Shown here piece by piece: positions 1-10,293 of a stretch of DNA of 64,000 nucleotides. The stretch spans positions 23,064,001-23,128,000 of the forward strand of contig NC_090356.1 in assembly GCF_035084215.1 (NCBI RefSeq). The letters run 5' to 3'. A program made the position numbers and the translations under genes. How positions within the stretch are numbered: position 1 is the stretch's first letter; every line of letters begins with the position of its first letter. Source of the DNA: Heptranchias perlo. Taxonomy: Eukaryota. The notes under the pieces are model-generated. The model had not been told where the DNA came from and searched no databases. It was given only the letters and a program-made list of their open reading frames with translations.

Positions 1-3000
1 CCCCCCCTCTCTCCGCCTGCCCCCCCTCTCTCCGCCTGCCCCCCCTCTCTCCGCCTGCCCCCCCTCTCTCCGCCTGCCCCCCCTCTCTCCGCCTGCCCCC
101 CCTCTCTCCGCCTGCCCCCCCTCTCTCCGCCTGCCCCCCCTCTCTCCGCCTGCCCCCCCTCTCTCCGCCTGCCCCCCCTCTCTCCGCCTGCCCCCCCTCT
201 CTCCGCCTGCCCCCCCTCTCTCCGCCTGCCCCCCCTCTCTCCGCCTGCCCCCCCTCTCTCCGCCTGCCCCCCCTCTCTCCGCCTGCCCCCCCTCTCTCCG
301 CCTGCCCCCCCTCTCTCCGCCTGCCCCCCCTCTCTCCGCCTGCCCCCCCTCTCTCCGCCTGCCCCCCCTCTCTCCGCCTGCCCCCCCTCTCTCCGCCTGC
401 CCCCCCCTCTCTCCGCCTGCCCCCCCTCTCTCCGCCTGCCCCCCCCTCTCTCCGCCTGCCCCCCCTCTCTCCGCCTGCCCCCCCTCTCTCCGCCTGCCCC
501 CCTCTCTCCGCCTGCCCCCCCTCTCTCCGCCTGCCCCCCCTCTCTCCGCCTGCCCCCCCTCTCTCCGCCTGCCCCCCCTCTCTCCGCCTGCCCCCCTCTC
601 TCCGCCTGCCCCCCCTCTCTCCGCCTGCCCCCCCTCTCTCCGCCTGCCCCCCCTCTCTCCGCCTGCCCCCCCTCTCTCCGCCTGCCCCCCCTCTCTCCGC
701 CTGCCCCCCTCTCTCCGCCTGCCCCCCCTCTCTCCGCCTGCCCCCCCTCTCTCCGCCTGCCCCCCCTCTCTCCGCCTGCCCCCCCTCTCTCCGCCTGCCC
801 CCCCTCTCTCCGCCTGCCCCCCCCTCTCTCCGCCTGCCCCCCCTCTCTCCGCCTGCCCCCCCTCTCTCCGCCTGCCCCCCCTCTCCTCCGCCTGCCCCCC
901 CTCTCTCCGCCTGCCCCCCCTCTCTCCGCCTGCCCCCCCTCTCTCCGCCTGCCCCCCCTCTCTCCGCCTGCCCCCCCTCTCTCCGCCTGCCCCCCCTCTC
1001 TCCGCCTGCCCCCCCTCTCTCCGCCTGCCCCCCCTCTCTCCGCCTGCCCCCCCTCTCTCCGCCTGCCCCCCTCTCTCCGCCTGCCCCCCTCTCTCCGCCT
1101 GCCCCCCTCTCTCCGCCTGCCCCCCTCTCTCCGCCTGCCCCCCCTCTCTCCGCCTGCCCCCCCTCTCTCCGCCTGCCCCCCCTCTCTCCGCCTGCCCCCC
1201 CTCTCTCCGCCTGCCCCCCCTCTCTCCGCCTGCCCCCCCTCTCTCCGCCTGCCCCCCCTCTCTCCGCCTGCCCCCCCTCTCTCCGCCTGCCCCCCCTCTC
1301 TCCGCCTGCCCCCCCTCTCTCCGCCTGCCCCCCTCTCTCCGCCTGCCCCCCCTCTCTCCGCCTGCCCCCCCCTCTCTCCGCCTGCCCCCCCTCTCTCCGC
1401 CTGCCCCCCTCTCTCCGCCTGCCCCCCCTCTCTCCGCCTGCCCCCCCTCTCTCCGCCTGCCCCCCCTCTCTCCGCCTGCCCCCCCTCTCTCCGCCTGCCC
1501 CCCCTCTCTCCGCCTGCCCCCCCTCTCTCCGCCTGCCCCCCCTCTCTCCGCCTGCCCCCCCCTCTCTCCGCCTGCCCCCCCTCTCTCCGCCTGCCCCCCC
1601 TCTCTCCGCCTGCCCCCCCCTCTCTCCGCCTGCCCCCCCTCTCTCCGCCTGCCCCCCCTCTCTCCGCCTGCCCCCCCTCTCTCCGCCTGCCCCCCCTCTC
1701 TCCGCCTGCCCCCCCTCTCTCCGCCTGCCCCCCCTCTCTCCGCCTGCCCCCCTCTCTCCGCCTGCCCCCCCTCTCTCCGCCTGCCCCCCCTCTCTCCGCC
1801 TGCCCCCCCTCTCTCCGCCTGCCCCCCCTCTCTCCGCCTGCCCCCCCTCTCTCCGCCTGCCCCCCCTCTCTCCGCCTGCCCCCCCTCTCTCCGCCTGCCC
1901 CCCCTCTCTCCGCCTGCCCCCCCTCTCTCCGCCTGCCCCCCCTCTCTCCGCCTGCCCCCCCTCTCTCCGCCTGCCCCCCCTCTCTCCGCCTGCCCCCCCT
2001 CTCTCCGCCTGCCCCCCCTCTCTCCGCCTGCCCCCCCTCTCTCCGCCTGCCCCCCCTCTCTCCGCCTGCCCCCCCTCTCTCCGCCTGCCCCCCCTCTCTC
2101 CGCCTGCCCCCCCTCTCTCCGCCTGCCCCCCCTCTCTCCGCCTGCCCCCCCTCTCTCCGCCTGCCCCCCCTCTCTCCGCCTGCCCCCCCTCTCTCCGCCT
2201 GCCCCCCCTCTCTCCGCCTGCCCCCCCTCTCTCCGCCTGCCCCCCCTCTCTCCGCCTGCCCCCCCCTCTCCGCCTGCCCCCCCTCTCTCCGCCTGCCCCC
2301 CCTCTCTCCGCCTGCCCCCCCCTCTCTCCGCCTGCCCCCCCTCTCTCCGCCTGCCCCCCCTCTCTCCGCCTGCCCCCCCTCTCTCCGCCTGCCCCCCCTC
2401 TCTCCGCCTGCCCCCCTCTCTCCGCCTGCCCCCCCTCTCTCCGCCTGCCCCCCCTCTCTCCTCCGCCTGCCCCCCTCTCTCCGCCTGCCCCCCCTCTCTC
2501 CGCCTGCCCCCCCTCTCTCCGCCTGCCCCCCCCTCTCTCCGCCTGCCCCCCCTCTCTCCGCCTGCCCCCCCTCTCTCCGCCTGCCCCCCCTCTCTCCGCC
2601 TGCCCCCCCTCTCTCCGCCTGCCCCCCCTCTCTCCGCCTGCCCCCCCTCTCTCCGCCTGCCCCCCCCTCTCTCCGCCTGCCCCCCCTCTCTCCGCCTGCC
2701 CCCCCTCTCTCCGCCTGCCCCCCCTCTCTCCGCCTGCCCCCCCTCTCTCCGCCTGCCCCCCCTCTCTCCGCCTGCCCCCCTCTCTCCGCCTGCCCCCCCT
2801 CTCTCCGCCTGCCCCCCCTCTCTCCGCCTGCCCCCCCTCTCTCCGCCTGCCCCCCCTCTCTCCGCCTGCCCCCCCTCTCTCCGCCTGCCCCCCCTCTCTC
2901 CGCCTGCCCCCCCCTCTCTCCGCCTGCCCCCCCTCTCTCCGCCTGTGCCCCCCTCTCTCCGCCTGCCCCCCCTCTCTCCGCCTGCCCCCCCCTCTCTCCG

Positions 3001-6000
3001 CCTGCCCCCCCTCTCTCCGCCTGCCCCCCCTCTCTCCGCCTGCCCCCCCTCTCTCCGCCTGCCCCCCCTCTCTCCGCCTGCCCCCCCTCTCTCCGCCTGC
3101 CCCCCCTCTCTCCGCCTGCCCCCCCTCTCTCCGCCTGCCCCCCTCTCTCCGCCTGCCCCCCCTCTCTCCGCCTGCCCCCCCTCTCTCCGCCTGCCCCCCT
3201 CTCTCCGCCTGCCCCCCCTCTCTCCGCCTGCCCCCCCTCTCTCCGCCTGCCCCCCCCTCTCTCCGCCTGCCCCCCCTCTCTCCGCCTGCCCCCCCTCTCT
3301 CCGCCTGCCCCCCCTCTCTCCGCCTGCCCCCCCTCTCTCCGCCTGCCCCCCCTCTCTCCGCCTGCCCCCCCTCTCTCCGCCTGCCCCCCCTCTCTCCGCC
3401 TGCCCCCCCTCTCTCCGCCTGCCCCCCCTCTCTCCGCCTGCCCCCCCTCTCTCCGCCTGCCCCCCCTCTCTCCGCCTGCCCCCCCTCTCTCCGCCTGCCC
3501 CCCCTCTCTCCGCCTGCCCCCCTCTCTCCGCCTGCCCCCCCTCTCTCCGCCTGCCCCCCCTCTCTCCCGCCTGCCCCCCCTCTCTCCGCCTGCCCCCCCT
3601 CTCTCCGCCTGCCCCCCCTCTCTCCGCCTGCCCCCCCTCTCTCCGCCTGCCCCCCCTCTCTCCGCCTGCCCCCCCTCTCTCCGCCTGCCCCCCCTCTCTC
3701 CGCCTGCCCCCCCTCTCTCCGCCTGCCCCCCCCTCTCTCCGCCTGCCCCCCCCTCTCTCCGCCTGCCCCCCCTCTCCGCCTGCCCCCCCCTCTCTCCGCC
3801 TGCCCCCCCTCTCTCCGCCTGCCCCCCCTCTCTCCGCCTGCCCCCCCTCTCTCCGCCTGCCCCCCCTCTCTCCGCCTGCCCCCCTCTCTCCGCCTGCCCC
3901 CCCTCTCTCCGCCTGCCCCCCTCTCTCCGCCTGCCCCCCTCTCTCCTCCCGCCTGCCCCCCCTCTCTCCGCCTGCCCCCCCTCTCTCCGCCTGCCCCCCC
4001 TCTCTCCGCCTGCCCCCCTCTCTCCGCCTGCCCCCCCTCTCTCCGCCTGCCCCCCCTCTCTCCGCCTGCCCCCCCTCTCTCCGCCTGCCCCCCCTCTCTC
4101 CGCCTGCCCCCCCTCTCTCCGCCTGCCCCCCCTCTCTCCGCCTGCCCCCCTCTCTCCGCCTGCCCCCCCTCTCTCCGCCTGCCCCCCCTCTCTCCGCCTG
4201 CCCCCCCTCTCTCCGCCTGCCCCCCCCTCTCTCCGCCTGCCCCCCCTCTCTCCGCCTGCCCCCCCTCTCTCCGCCTGCCCCCCCTCTCTCCGCCTGCCCC
4301 CCCTCTCTCCGCCTGCCCCCCCTCTCTCCGCCTGCCCCCCTCTCTCCGCCTGCCCCCCCTCTCTCCGCCTGCCCCCCCTCTCTCCGCCTGCCCCCCCTCT
4401 CTCCGCCTGCCCCCCCTCTCTCCGCCTGCCCCCCCTCTCTCCGCCTGCCCCCCCTCTCTCCGCCTGCCCCCCCTCTCTCCGCCTGCCCCCCCTCTCTCCG
4501 CCTGCCCCCCCTCTCTCCGCCTGCCCCCCCTCTCTCCGCCTGCCCCCCCTCTCTCCGCCTGCCCCCCCTCTCTCCGCCTGCCCCCCCTCTCTCCGCCTGC
4601 CCCCCCTCTCTCCGCCTGCCCCCCCTCTCTCCGCCTGCCCCCCCTCTCTCCGCCTGCCCCCCCTCTCTCCGCCTGCCCCCCCTCTCTCCGCCTGCCCCCC
4701 CTCTCTCCGCCTGCCCCCCCCTCTCTCCGCCTGCCCCCCCCCTCTCCGCCTGCCCCCCCCCTCTCCGCCTGCCCCCCCCCTCTCCGCCTGCCCCCCCCCC
4801 TCTCCGCCTGCCCCCCCCCTCTCCGCCTGCCCCCCCCCTCTCCGCCTGCCCCCCCCCTCTCCGCCTGCCCCCCCCCTCTCCGCCTGCCCCCCCCTCTCCG
4901 CCTGCCCCCCCCCCTCTCCGCCTGCCCCCCCCCTCTCCGCCTGCCCCCCCCTCTCTCCGCCTGCCCCCCCTCTCTCCGCCTGCCCCCTTCCCCCTCTCTC
5001 CGCCTGCCCCCTTCCCCCTCTCTCCGCCTGCCCCCTTCCCCCTCTCTCCGCCTGCCCCCTTCCCCCTCTCTCCGCCTGCCCCCTTCTCTCTCTCTCTCTC
5101 TCTCTCTCCGCCTGCCCCCTTCTCTCTCTCTCTCTCTCTCTCTCCGCCTGCCCCCTTCTCTCTCTCTCCCGCCTGCCCCCTTCTCTCTCTCTCCGCCTGC
5201 CCCCTTCTCTCTCTCTCCGCCTGCCCCCTTCTCTCTCTCTCCGCCTGCCCCCTTCTCTCTCTCTCCCGCCTGCCCCCTTCTCTCTCTCTCCGCCTGCCCC
5301 CTTCTCTCTCTCTCTCTCTCTCTCCCCGCCTGCCCCCTTCTCTCTCTCGCTCTCCCTCCGCCTGCCCCCTTCTCTCTCTCGCTCTCCCTCCGCCTGCCCC
5401 CTCTCTCTCGCTCTCCTCCGCCTGCCCCCTTCCCTCTCGCCTCCGCCTGCCCCTTCCCTCTCCCTCCGCCTGCCCCCTTCCCTCTCCCTCCGCCTGCCCC
5501 CTTCCCTCTCCCTCCGCCTGCCCCCTTCCCTCTCCCTCCGCCTGCCCCCCTTCCCTCTCCCTCCGCCTGCCCCCTTCCCTCTCCCTCCGCCTGCCCCTTC
5601 CCTCTCCCTCCGCCTGCCCCCTTCCCTCTCCCTCCGCCTGCCCCCTTCCCTCTCCCTCCGCCTGCCCCCTTACCTCCCTCTCCGCCTGCCCCCTTCCCTC
5701 CCTCTCCGCCTGCCCCCTTCCCTCCCTCTCCGCCTGCCCCCTTCCCTCTCTCCGCCTGCCCCCTTANNNNNNNNNNNNNNNNNNNNNNNNNNNNNNNNNN
5801 NNNNNNNNNNNNNNNNNNNNNNNNNNNNNNNNNNNNNNNNNNNNNNNNNNNNNNNNNNNNNNNNNNNNNNNNNNNNNNNNNNNNNNNNNNNNNNNNNNNN
5901 NNNNNNNNNNNNNNNNNNNNNNNNNNNNNNNNNNNNNNNNNNNNNNNNNNNNNNNNNNNNNNNNNNTGCCTGCCCCCTTCTCTCTCTCTCTCTCTCTCCG

Positions 6001-7945
6001 CCTGCCCCTTCTCTCTCTCTCTCTCTCCGCCTGCCCCCTTCTCTCTCTCTCTCCGCCTGCCCCCTTCTCTCTCTCTCTCCGCCTGCCCCCTTCTCTCTCT
6101 CTCTCCGCCTGCCCCCTTCTCTCTCTCTCTCCGCCTGCCCCCTTCTCTCTCTCTCTCTCTCTCCGCCTGCCCCCTTCTCTCTCTCTCTCTCTCTCCGCCT
6201 GCCCCCTTCTCTCTCTCTCTCTCCGCCTGCCCCTTCTCTCTCTCTCTCTCCGCCTGCCCCCTTCTCTCTCTCTCTCTCCGCCTGCCCCCTTCTCTCTCTC
6301 TCTCTCTCTCTCCGCCTGCCCCCTTCTCTCTCTCTCTCTCTCTCCGCCTGCCCCCTTCTCTCTCTCTCTCTCCGCCTGCCCCCTTCTCTCTCTCTTCTCT
6401 CTCTCTCTCGCCTGCCCCCTTCTCTCTCTCTCCGCCTGCCCCCTTCTCTCTCTCTCTCTCTCTCTCTCCGCCTGCCCCCTTCTCTCTCTCTCTCTCCGCC
6501 TGCCCCCTTCTCTCTCTCTCTCTCCGCCTGCCCCCTTCTCTCTCTCTCTCTCTCCGCCTGCCCCCTTCTCTCTCTCTCTCTCCGCCTGCCCCCTTCTCTC
6601 TCTCTCTCCGCCTGCCCCCTTCTCTCTCTCTCTCTCTCCGCCTGCCCCCTTCTCTCTCTCTCTCTCTCCGCCTGCCCCTTCTCTCTCTCTCTCTCTCTCT
6701 CCGCCTGCCCCCTCTCTCTCNNNNNNNNNNNNNNNNNNNNNNNNNNNNNNNNNNNNNNNNNNNNNNNNNNNNNNNNNNNNNNNNNNNNNNNNNNNNNNNN
6801 NNNNNNNNNNNNNNNNNNNNNNNNNNNNNNNNNNNNNNNNNNNNNNNNNNNNNNNNNNNNNNNNNNNNNNNNNNNNNNTCTCTCTCTCCGCCTGCCCCCT
6901 TCTCTCTCTCTCTCTCCGCCTGCCCCCTTCTCCCTCTCTCTCCGCCTGCCCCTTCTCCCTCTCTCTCCGCCTGCCCCCTTCTCCCTCTCTCTCCGCCTGC
7001 CCCCTTCTCCCTCTCTCTCCGCCTGCCCCCTTCTCTCTCTCTCCGCCTGCCCCTTCTCTCTCTCTCTCTCTCTCCGCCTGCCCCCTTCTCCCTCTCTCTC
7101 CGCCTGCCCCCTTCTCTCTCTCTCTCTCTCTCTCTCCGCCTGCCCCCTTCTCTCTCTCTCTCTCCGCCTGCCCCCTTCTCTCTCTCTCTCCGCCTGCCCC
7201 TTCTCTCTCTCTCTCTCTCTCCGCCTGCCCCTTCTCTCTCTCTCTCTCTCTCCGCCTGCCCCTTCTCTCTCTCTCTCTCCGCCTGCCCCCTTCTCTCTCT
7301 CTCTCTCCGCCTGCCCCCTTCTCTCTCTCTCTCCGCCTGCCCCCTTCTCTCTCTCTCCGCCTGCCCCCTTCTCTCNNNNNNNNNNNNNNNNNNNNNNNNN
7401 NNNNNNNNNNNNNNNNNNNNNNNNNNNNNNNNNNNNNNNNNNNNNNNNNNNNNNNNNNNNNNNNNNNNNNNNNNNNNNNNNNNNNNNNNNNNNNNNNNNN
7501 NNNNNNNNNNNNNNNNNNNNNNNNNNNNNNNNNNNNNNNNNNNNNNNNNNNNNNNNNNNNNNNNNNNNNNNNNNNNNNNNNNNNNNNNNNNNNNNNNNNN
7601 NNNNNNNNNNNNNNNNNNNNNNNNNNNNNNNNNNNNNNNNCTCTCTCTCTCCGCCTGCCCCCTTCTCTCTCTCTCTCCGCCTGCCCCCTTCTCTCTCTCT
7701 CCGCCTGCCCCCTTCTCTCTCTCTCCGCCTGCCCCCTTCTCTCTCTCTCTCCGCCTGCCCCCTTCTCTCTCTCTCTCCGCCTGCCCCCTTCTCTCTCTCT
7801 CTCTCTCCGCCTGCCCCCTTCTCTCTCTCTCTCTCTCCGCCTGCCCCCTTCTCTCTCTCTCTCTCTCCGCCTGCCCCCTTCTCTCTCTCTCTCCGCCTGC
7901 CCCCTTCTCTCTCTCTCTCCCCGCCTGCCCCCTTCTCTCTCTCCC
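1..7945. repeat. GC-rich minisatellite: 19-bp unit CCCCCCCTCTCTCCGCCTG (about 260 copies, 1 to ~4980), grading into CCGCCTGCCCCCTT(CT)n units; lies in intron 1 of the CTDNEP1-like gene
   Basis: Periodicity is directly visible. The + strand is almost free of A. The array runs off the left edge of the window. Confidence 0.98.
5767..7640. other. Three assembly gaps inside the minisatellite (5767-5966, 6721-6878, 7376-7640)
   Basis: Runs of N; the true array length is unknown. Confidence 0.99.
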
Positions 7946-7997
7946 TCCACTCCACGTCTCCCTCTCTCACCCCCGGCCCGGTCCGGCCCGCACTCAC

Positions 7998-8099
7998 CGA
8001 GCGGAGTTGTCTCCGCGCCGCCTCCACACACACGCTCCACACCTTCACCGCCAGCCACACAAAGCTGCGGAGCCCCATCAGGAAATACTTGCTGAGCAT
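7998..8099 (-). CDS. CTDNEP1: CTD nuclear envelope phosphatase 1 (Dullard)-like, coding exon 1; the remaining exons lie left of the window
   Basis: GCACC-ATG opens 34 codons, MLSKYFLMGLRSFVWLAVKVWSVCVEAARRQLRS, followed by a phase-0 GTGAGT donor. This aligns without gaps to the recalled human CTDNEP1 N-terminus [34 protein letters not shown]. It sits in a CpG island. Confidence 0.82.
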
Positions 8100-8300
8100 G
8101 GTGCGGAATCGTAGGCCCGGGGCCGGGGTCAGGCTCCGCCGGCCAGGCCGCTCCGGTCCGGGCCTCGCTCTCCCATCACCGCGCTGCCGCCATCTTGACC
8201 AGGGCTCGCTTAAAGGGGCGGGCGCGGTCTCTTAAAGGCAACATCCACTTATGTGTGCCGACTGACTCACCACCACCACCGCCAGCCCGGGCCCCCAGCA
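8100..8300 (-). promoter_or_regulatory. CpG-island promoter/5' UTR of the CTDNEP1-like gene, with a YY1-type motif (AAGATGGCGGC) and a GC box
   Basis: High CpG density; GCCGCCATCTT at 8186-8196; GGGGCGGGGC at about 8215-8224. Confidence 0.7.
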
Positions 8301-8451
8301 TTGCACCCACCTCTGCTTGTACAGCACTTAAAAACAGCAAATAATCTCACTTCCCATAAAGTTATTCGGAATTGTTTGACATCAGGAGTGAGATTTATAA
8401 TCGAGCACAAATCTACTTAAATATATGGCCCTCTGCTCATCTTTAAAGCTT

Positions 8452-8541
8452 TTGTAAACAATTTTACAACACCAAGTTATAGTCCAGCAATTTTATTTTA
8501 AATTCACAAGCTTTCGGAGACTTCCTCCTTCCTCAGGCAAA
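8452..8541 (-). mobile_element. Penelope-like element pseudo-LTR fragment
   Basis: Near-identical to the arms of the 8646-8853 element; contains a hammerhead core. Confidence 0.7.
8503..8541 (-). ncRNA. Minimal type I hammerhead ribozyme motif (Penelope-associated)
   Basis: Minus strand reads UUUGC-CUGAGGA-A-GGAGG AAG UCUCC-GAAA-GC-UU/GUGAA: intact core, stem II, palindromic AAGCUU stem III, and a wobble-rich stem I. Confidence 0.6.
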
Positions 8542-8645
8542 CAGAAAATGCTGGAAACACTCAGCAGGTCAGGCAGCATCTGTGTAAGTTTGCTTTTTCT
8601 TTTGTGTGATTTGGCTGTTTATTGTTTGTGGCCCTCTAAAAAGGA

Positions 8646-8853
8646 TGTGGAGATGCCGGTGATGGACTGGGGTTGACAATTATAAACAATTTTACAACAC
8701 CAAGTTATAGTCCAGCAATTTTATTTTAAATTCACAAGCTTTCGGAGGCTTCCCCCTTCGTCGTTCACCTGAGGAAGGAGGAAGCCTCCGAAAGCTTGTG
8801 AATTTAAAATAAAATTGCTGGACTATAACTTGGTGTTGTAAAATTGTTTACAA
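8646..8853. mobile_element. Penelope-like fold-back mini-insertion (inverted pseudo-LTR pair) with a 12-bp TSD
   Basis: Inverted arms of about 80 bp (8680-8762 vs 8771-8853). Direct repeat CTCTAAAAAGGA at 8634-8645 and 8854-8865. Terminus GATGTGGAGATGCCGGTGATGGACTGGGG is shared with 45765-45920. Confidence 0.8.
8764..8802 (+). ncRNA. Minimal type I hammerhead ribozyme motif (Penelope-associated)
   Basis: UUCAC (stem I) - CUGAGGA (8769-8775) - A - GGAGG/AAG/CCUCC (stem II) - GAAA (8790-8793) - GC-UU (predicted cut after 8797) - GUGAA (stem I). Confidence 0.72.
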
Positions 8854-8919
8854 CTCTAAAAAGGAGGCACTTTTGTTAGATTTCTTTTATTTGTGTGGAT
8901 GACCCTGGGCAACACAATG

Positions 8920-9161
8920 GGGGAGATTTTAAACCCCAAGAACCGGTGGGTTGGGGGCGGGTGGGAGTTGAAAATAATTGTTTTTTTGGGTCGCCACCGC
9001 AACCCGGCTTTATTTCCAGGTTTAAGGTTGGCGCGTAAAAGCACAGGCTTCCCACTGGGAATGCAAAGTCCGAAAATTTTGCGGTTGCGACCCCAAAACA
9101 GACTGTTTTCAACTCCCAACCCGCCCCCAACCCACCCGTTCTTGGGGTTTAAAATCACCCC
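8920..9161. mobile_element. MITE with long terminal inverted repeats (PIF/Harbinger-like ends)
   Basis: GGGGAGATTTTAAACCCCAAGAAC ... GTTCTTGGGGTTTAAAATCACCCC; inverted arms of about 80 bp. Confidence 0.8.
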
Positions 9162-9225
9162 TGGTGTCTCCTATTAAAAGAGGCGATTGTGGAGAGAGAA
9201 ACAGAGTTAACCGACCTGAAATGTT

Positions 9226-10070
9226 GGGACGGAATTTGCTGTAGCAAGGTATCTAACAGCGTCTGCAGTTAGTTAGACTTGCCCCTGCACCCTTCAGCTT
9301 AAAAAAAAATGCTCGCCCACAAAATTGCTGGAAGTTCCAGCTGATAACGGTGCTGCGAGGAAAACCGGGCATCTGAGACCTGAGTGAACAGGGCACGCAA
9401 CTGTGCATCTCCTTACCCAAGCAGATTGAAGGATAGTTAAATTAACACAGGAAGGACTGAGAAGGAATTATAAATTATAAATTCAATGTCAAATCAGGCA
9501 CAGAAAGAGAAATAAAGAGAGGGAAAGAAAGATTGGACTAAGAGAGAGAGAAAAGAAAGAGAAAGAAAGAAAAACTACGGAGAAAAATGTAAAATTAAAA
9601 ATTTGACATTTTTAAAATCTCCCCCAAAAAATTCAAAATCTGAAGGAATGGGACGCCACACTTGTAATGGTTAATTTTCGGTGCCAGAGAGGTTGATTGG
9701 CAGTCATTAACACTTATTAAAAGGGTTATTATGCTTGTAACAACAAGACTTTACTTTCTGTGGCGAGTTTAATGGGCAAATATAGCAAGTTCCTAAAAAA
9801 ACGGGGAGGCTAAGGGCGAGATGCCACTTTCGCGAAGCTAACGGTGGAGTGGCACAACTCGGACAGCAACATTTGGATATTACATAGAATTACATAGAAT
9901 GTACAGCACGTAAACAGGCCATTCGGCCCAACAGATCCATGCCAGTATTTATACTCCACGCGAGCCTCCTCCCTCCCTACTTCATCTAACCCTATCAGTA
10001 TATTCACATTTAACCACACATCTGCTGATCATTTGAAGTAGCTGTACCATTTGCCCATAAATAACGGAGA
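9226..10070. mobile_element. Non-autonomous DNA transposon, same family as 24515-25277, interrupted by a CR1 3' fragment (~9880-10000)
   Basis: Colinear similarity to 24515-25277 over about 700 bp. Confidence 0.7.
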
Positions 10071-10219
10071 AGCTAGAATTGCACAGTGTAGGGAGATGAG
10101 TGAAGCAATCAACGAGATTTGGTTATCAGAATGATGAACATCATAAATGCAGATGTGTAGAGATATTTTCTAGGAACAAAATAACCACAACGATCAAATT
10201 CTTTGTTCTATTAATCCAG

Positions 10220-10225
10220 TTTATT
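10220..10225 (-). terminator. Polyadenylation signal of elastase gene A
   Basis: AATAAA about 50 nt downstream of the TGA stop. Confidence 0.75.
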
Positions 10226-10275
10226 CAGTTCTAAGTTAAAGGTTGGAATGTGTTGAGAAGATGTTGTTCCACCTT

Positions 10276-10293
10276 TCAATTACTGGCCATTGT
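10276..10293 (-). CDS. Elastase A exon 8 (TMASN*)
   Basis: tttttag acceptor; matches gene B exon 8 (TMANN*). Confidence 0.85.
   Translation of the reverse strand, partial: TMASN

Noticed and set aside
2945-8095. Very long Pro/Ser/Leu-rich and Arg/Glu/Gly-rich ORFs (1716, 809 and 764 aa)
   Set aside because: They are open only because the repeat lacks A on + and T on -, and they cross N gaps. Only the first 34 codons of 5670-8099 are real (CTDNEP1-like exon 1).
8731-8763. Additional functional hammerhead on the minus arm
   Set aside because: The core reads ACGACGA instead of CUGANGA, and stem I is lost at the inversion junction.
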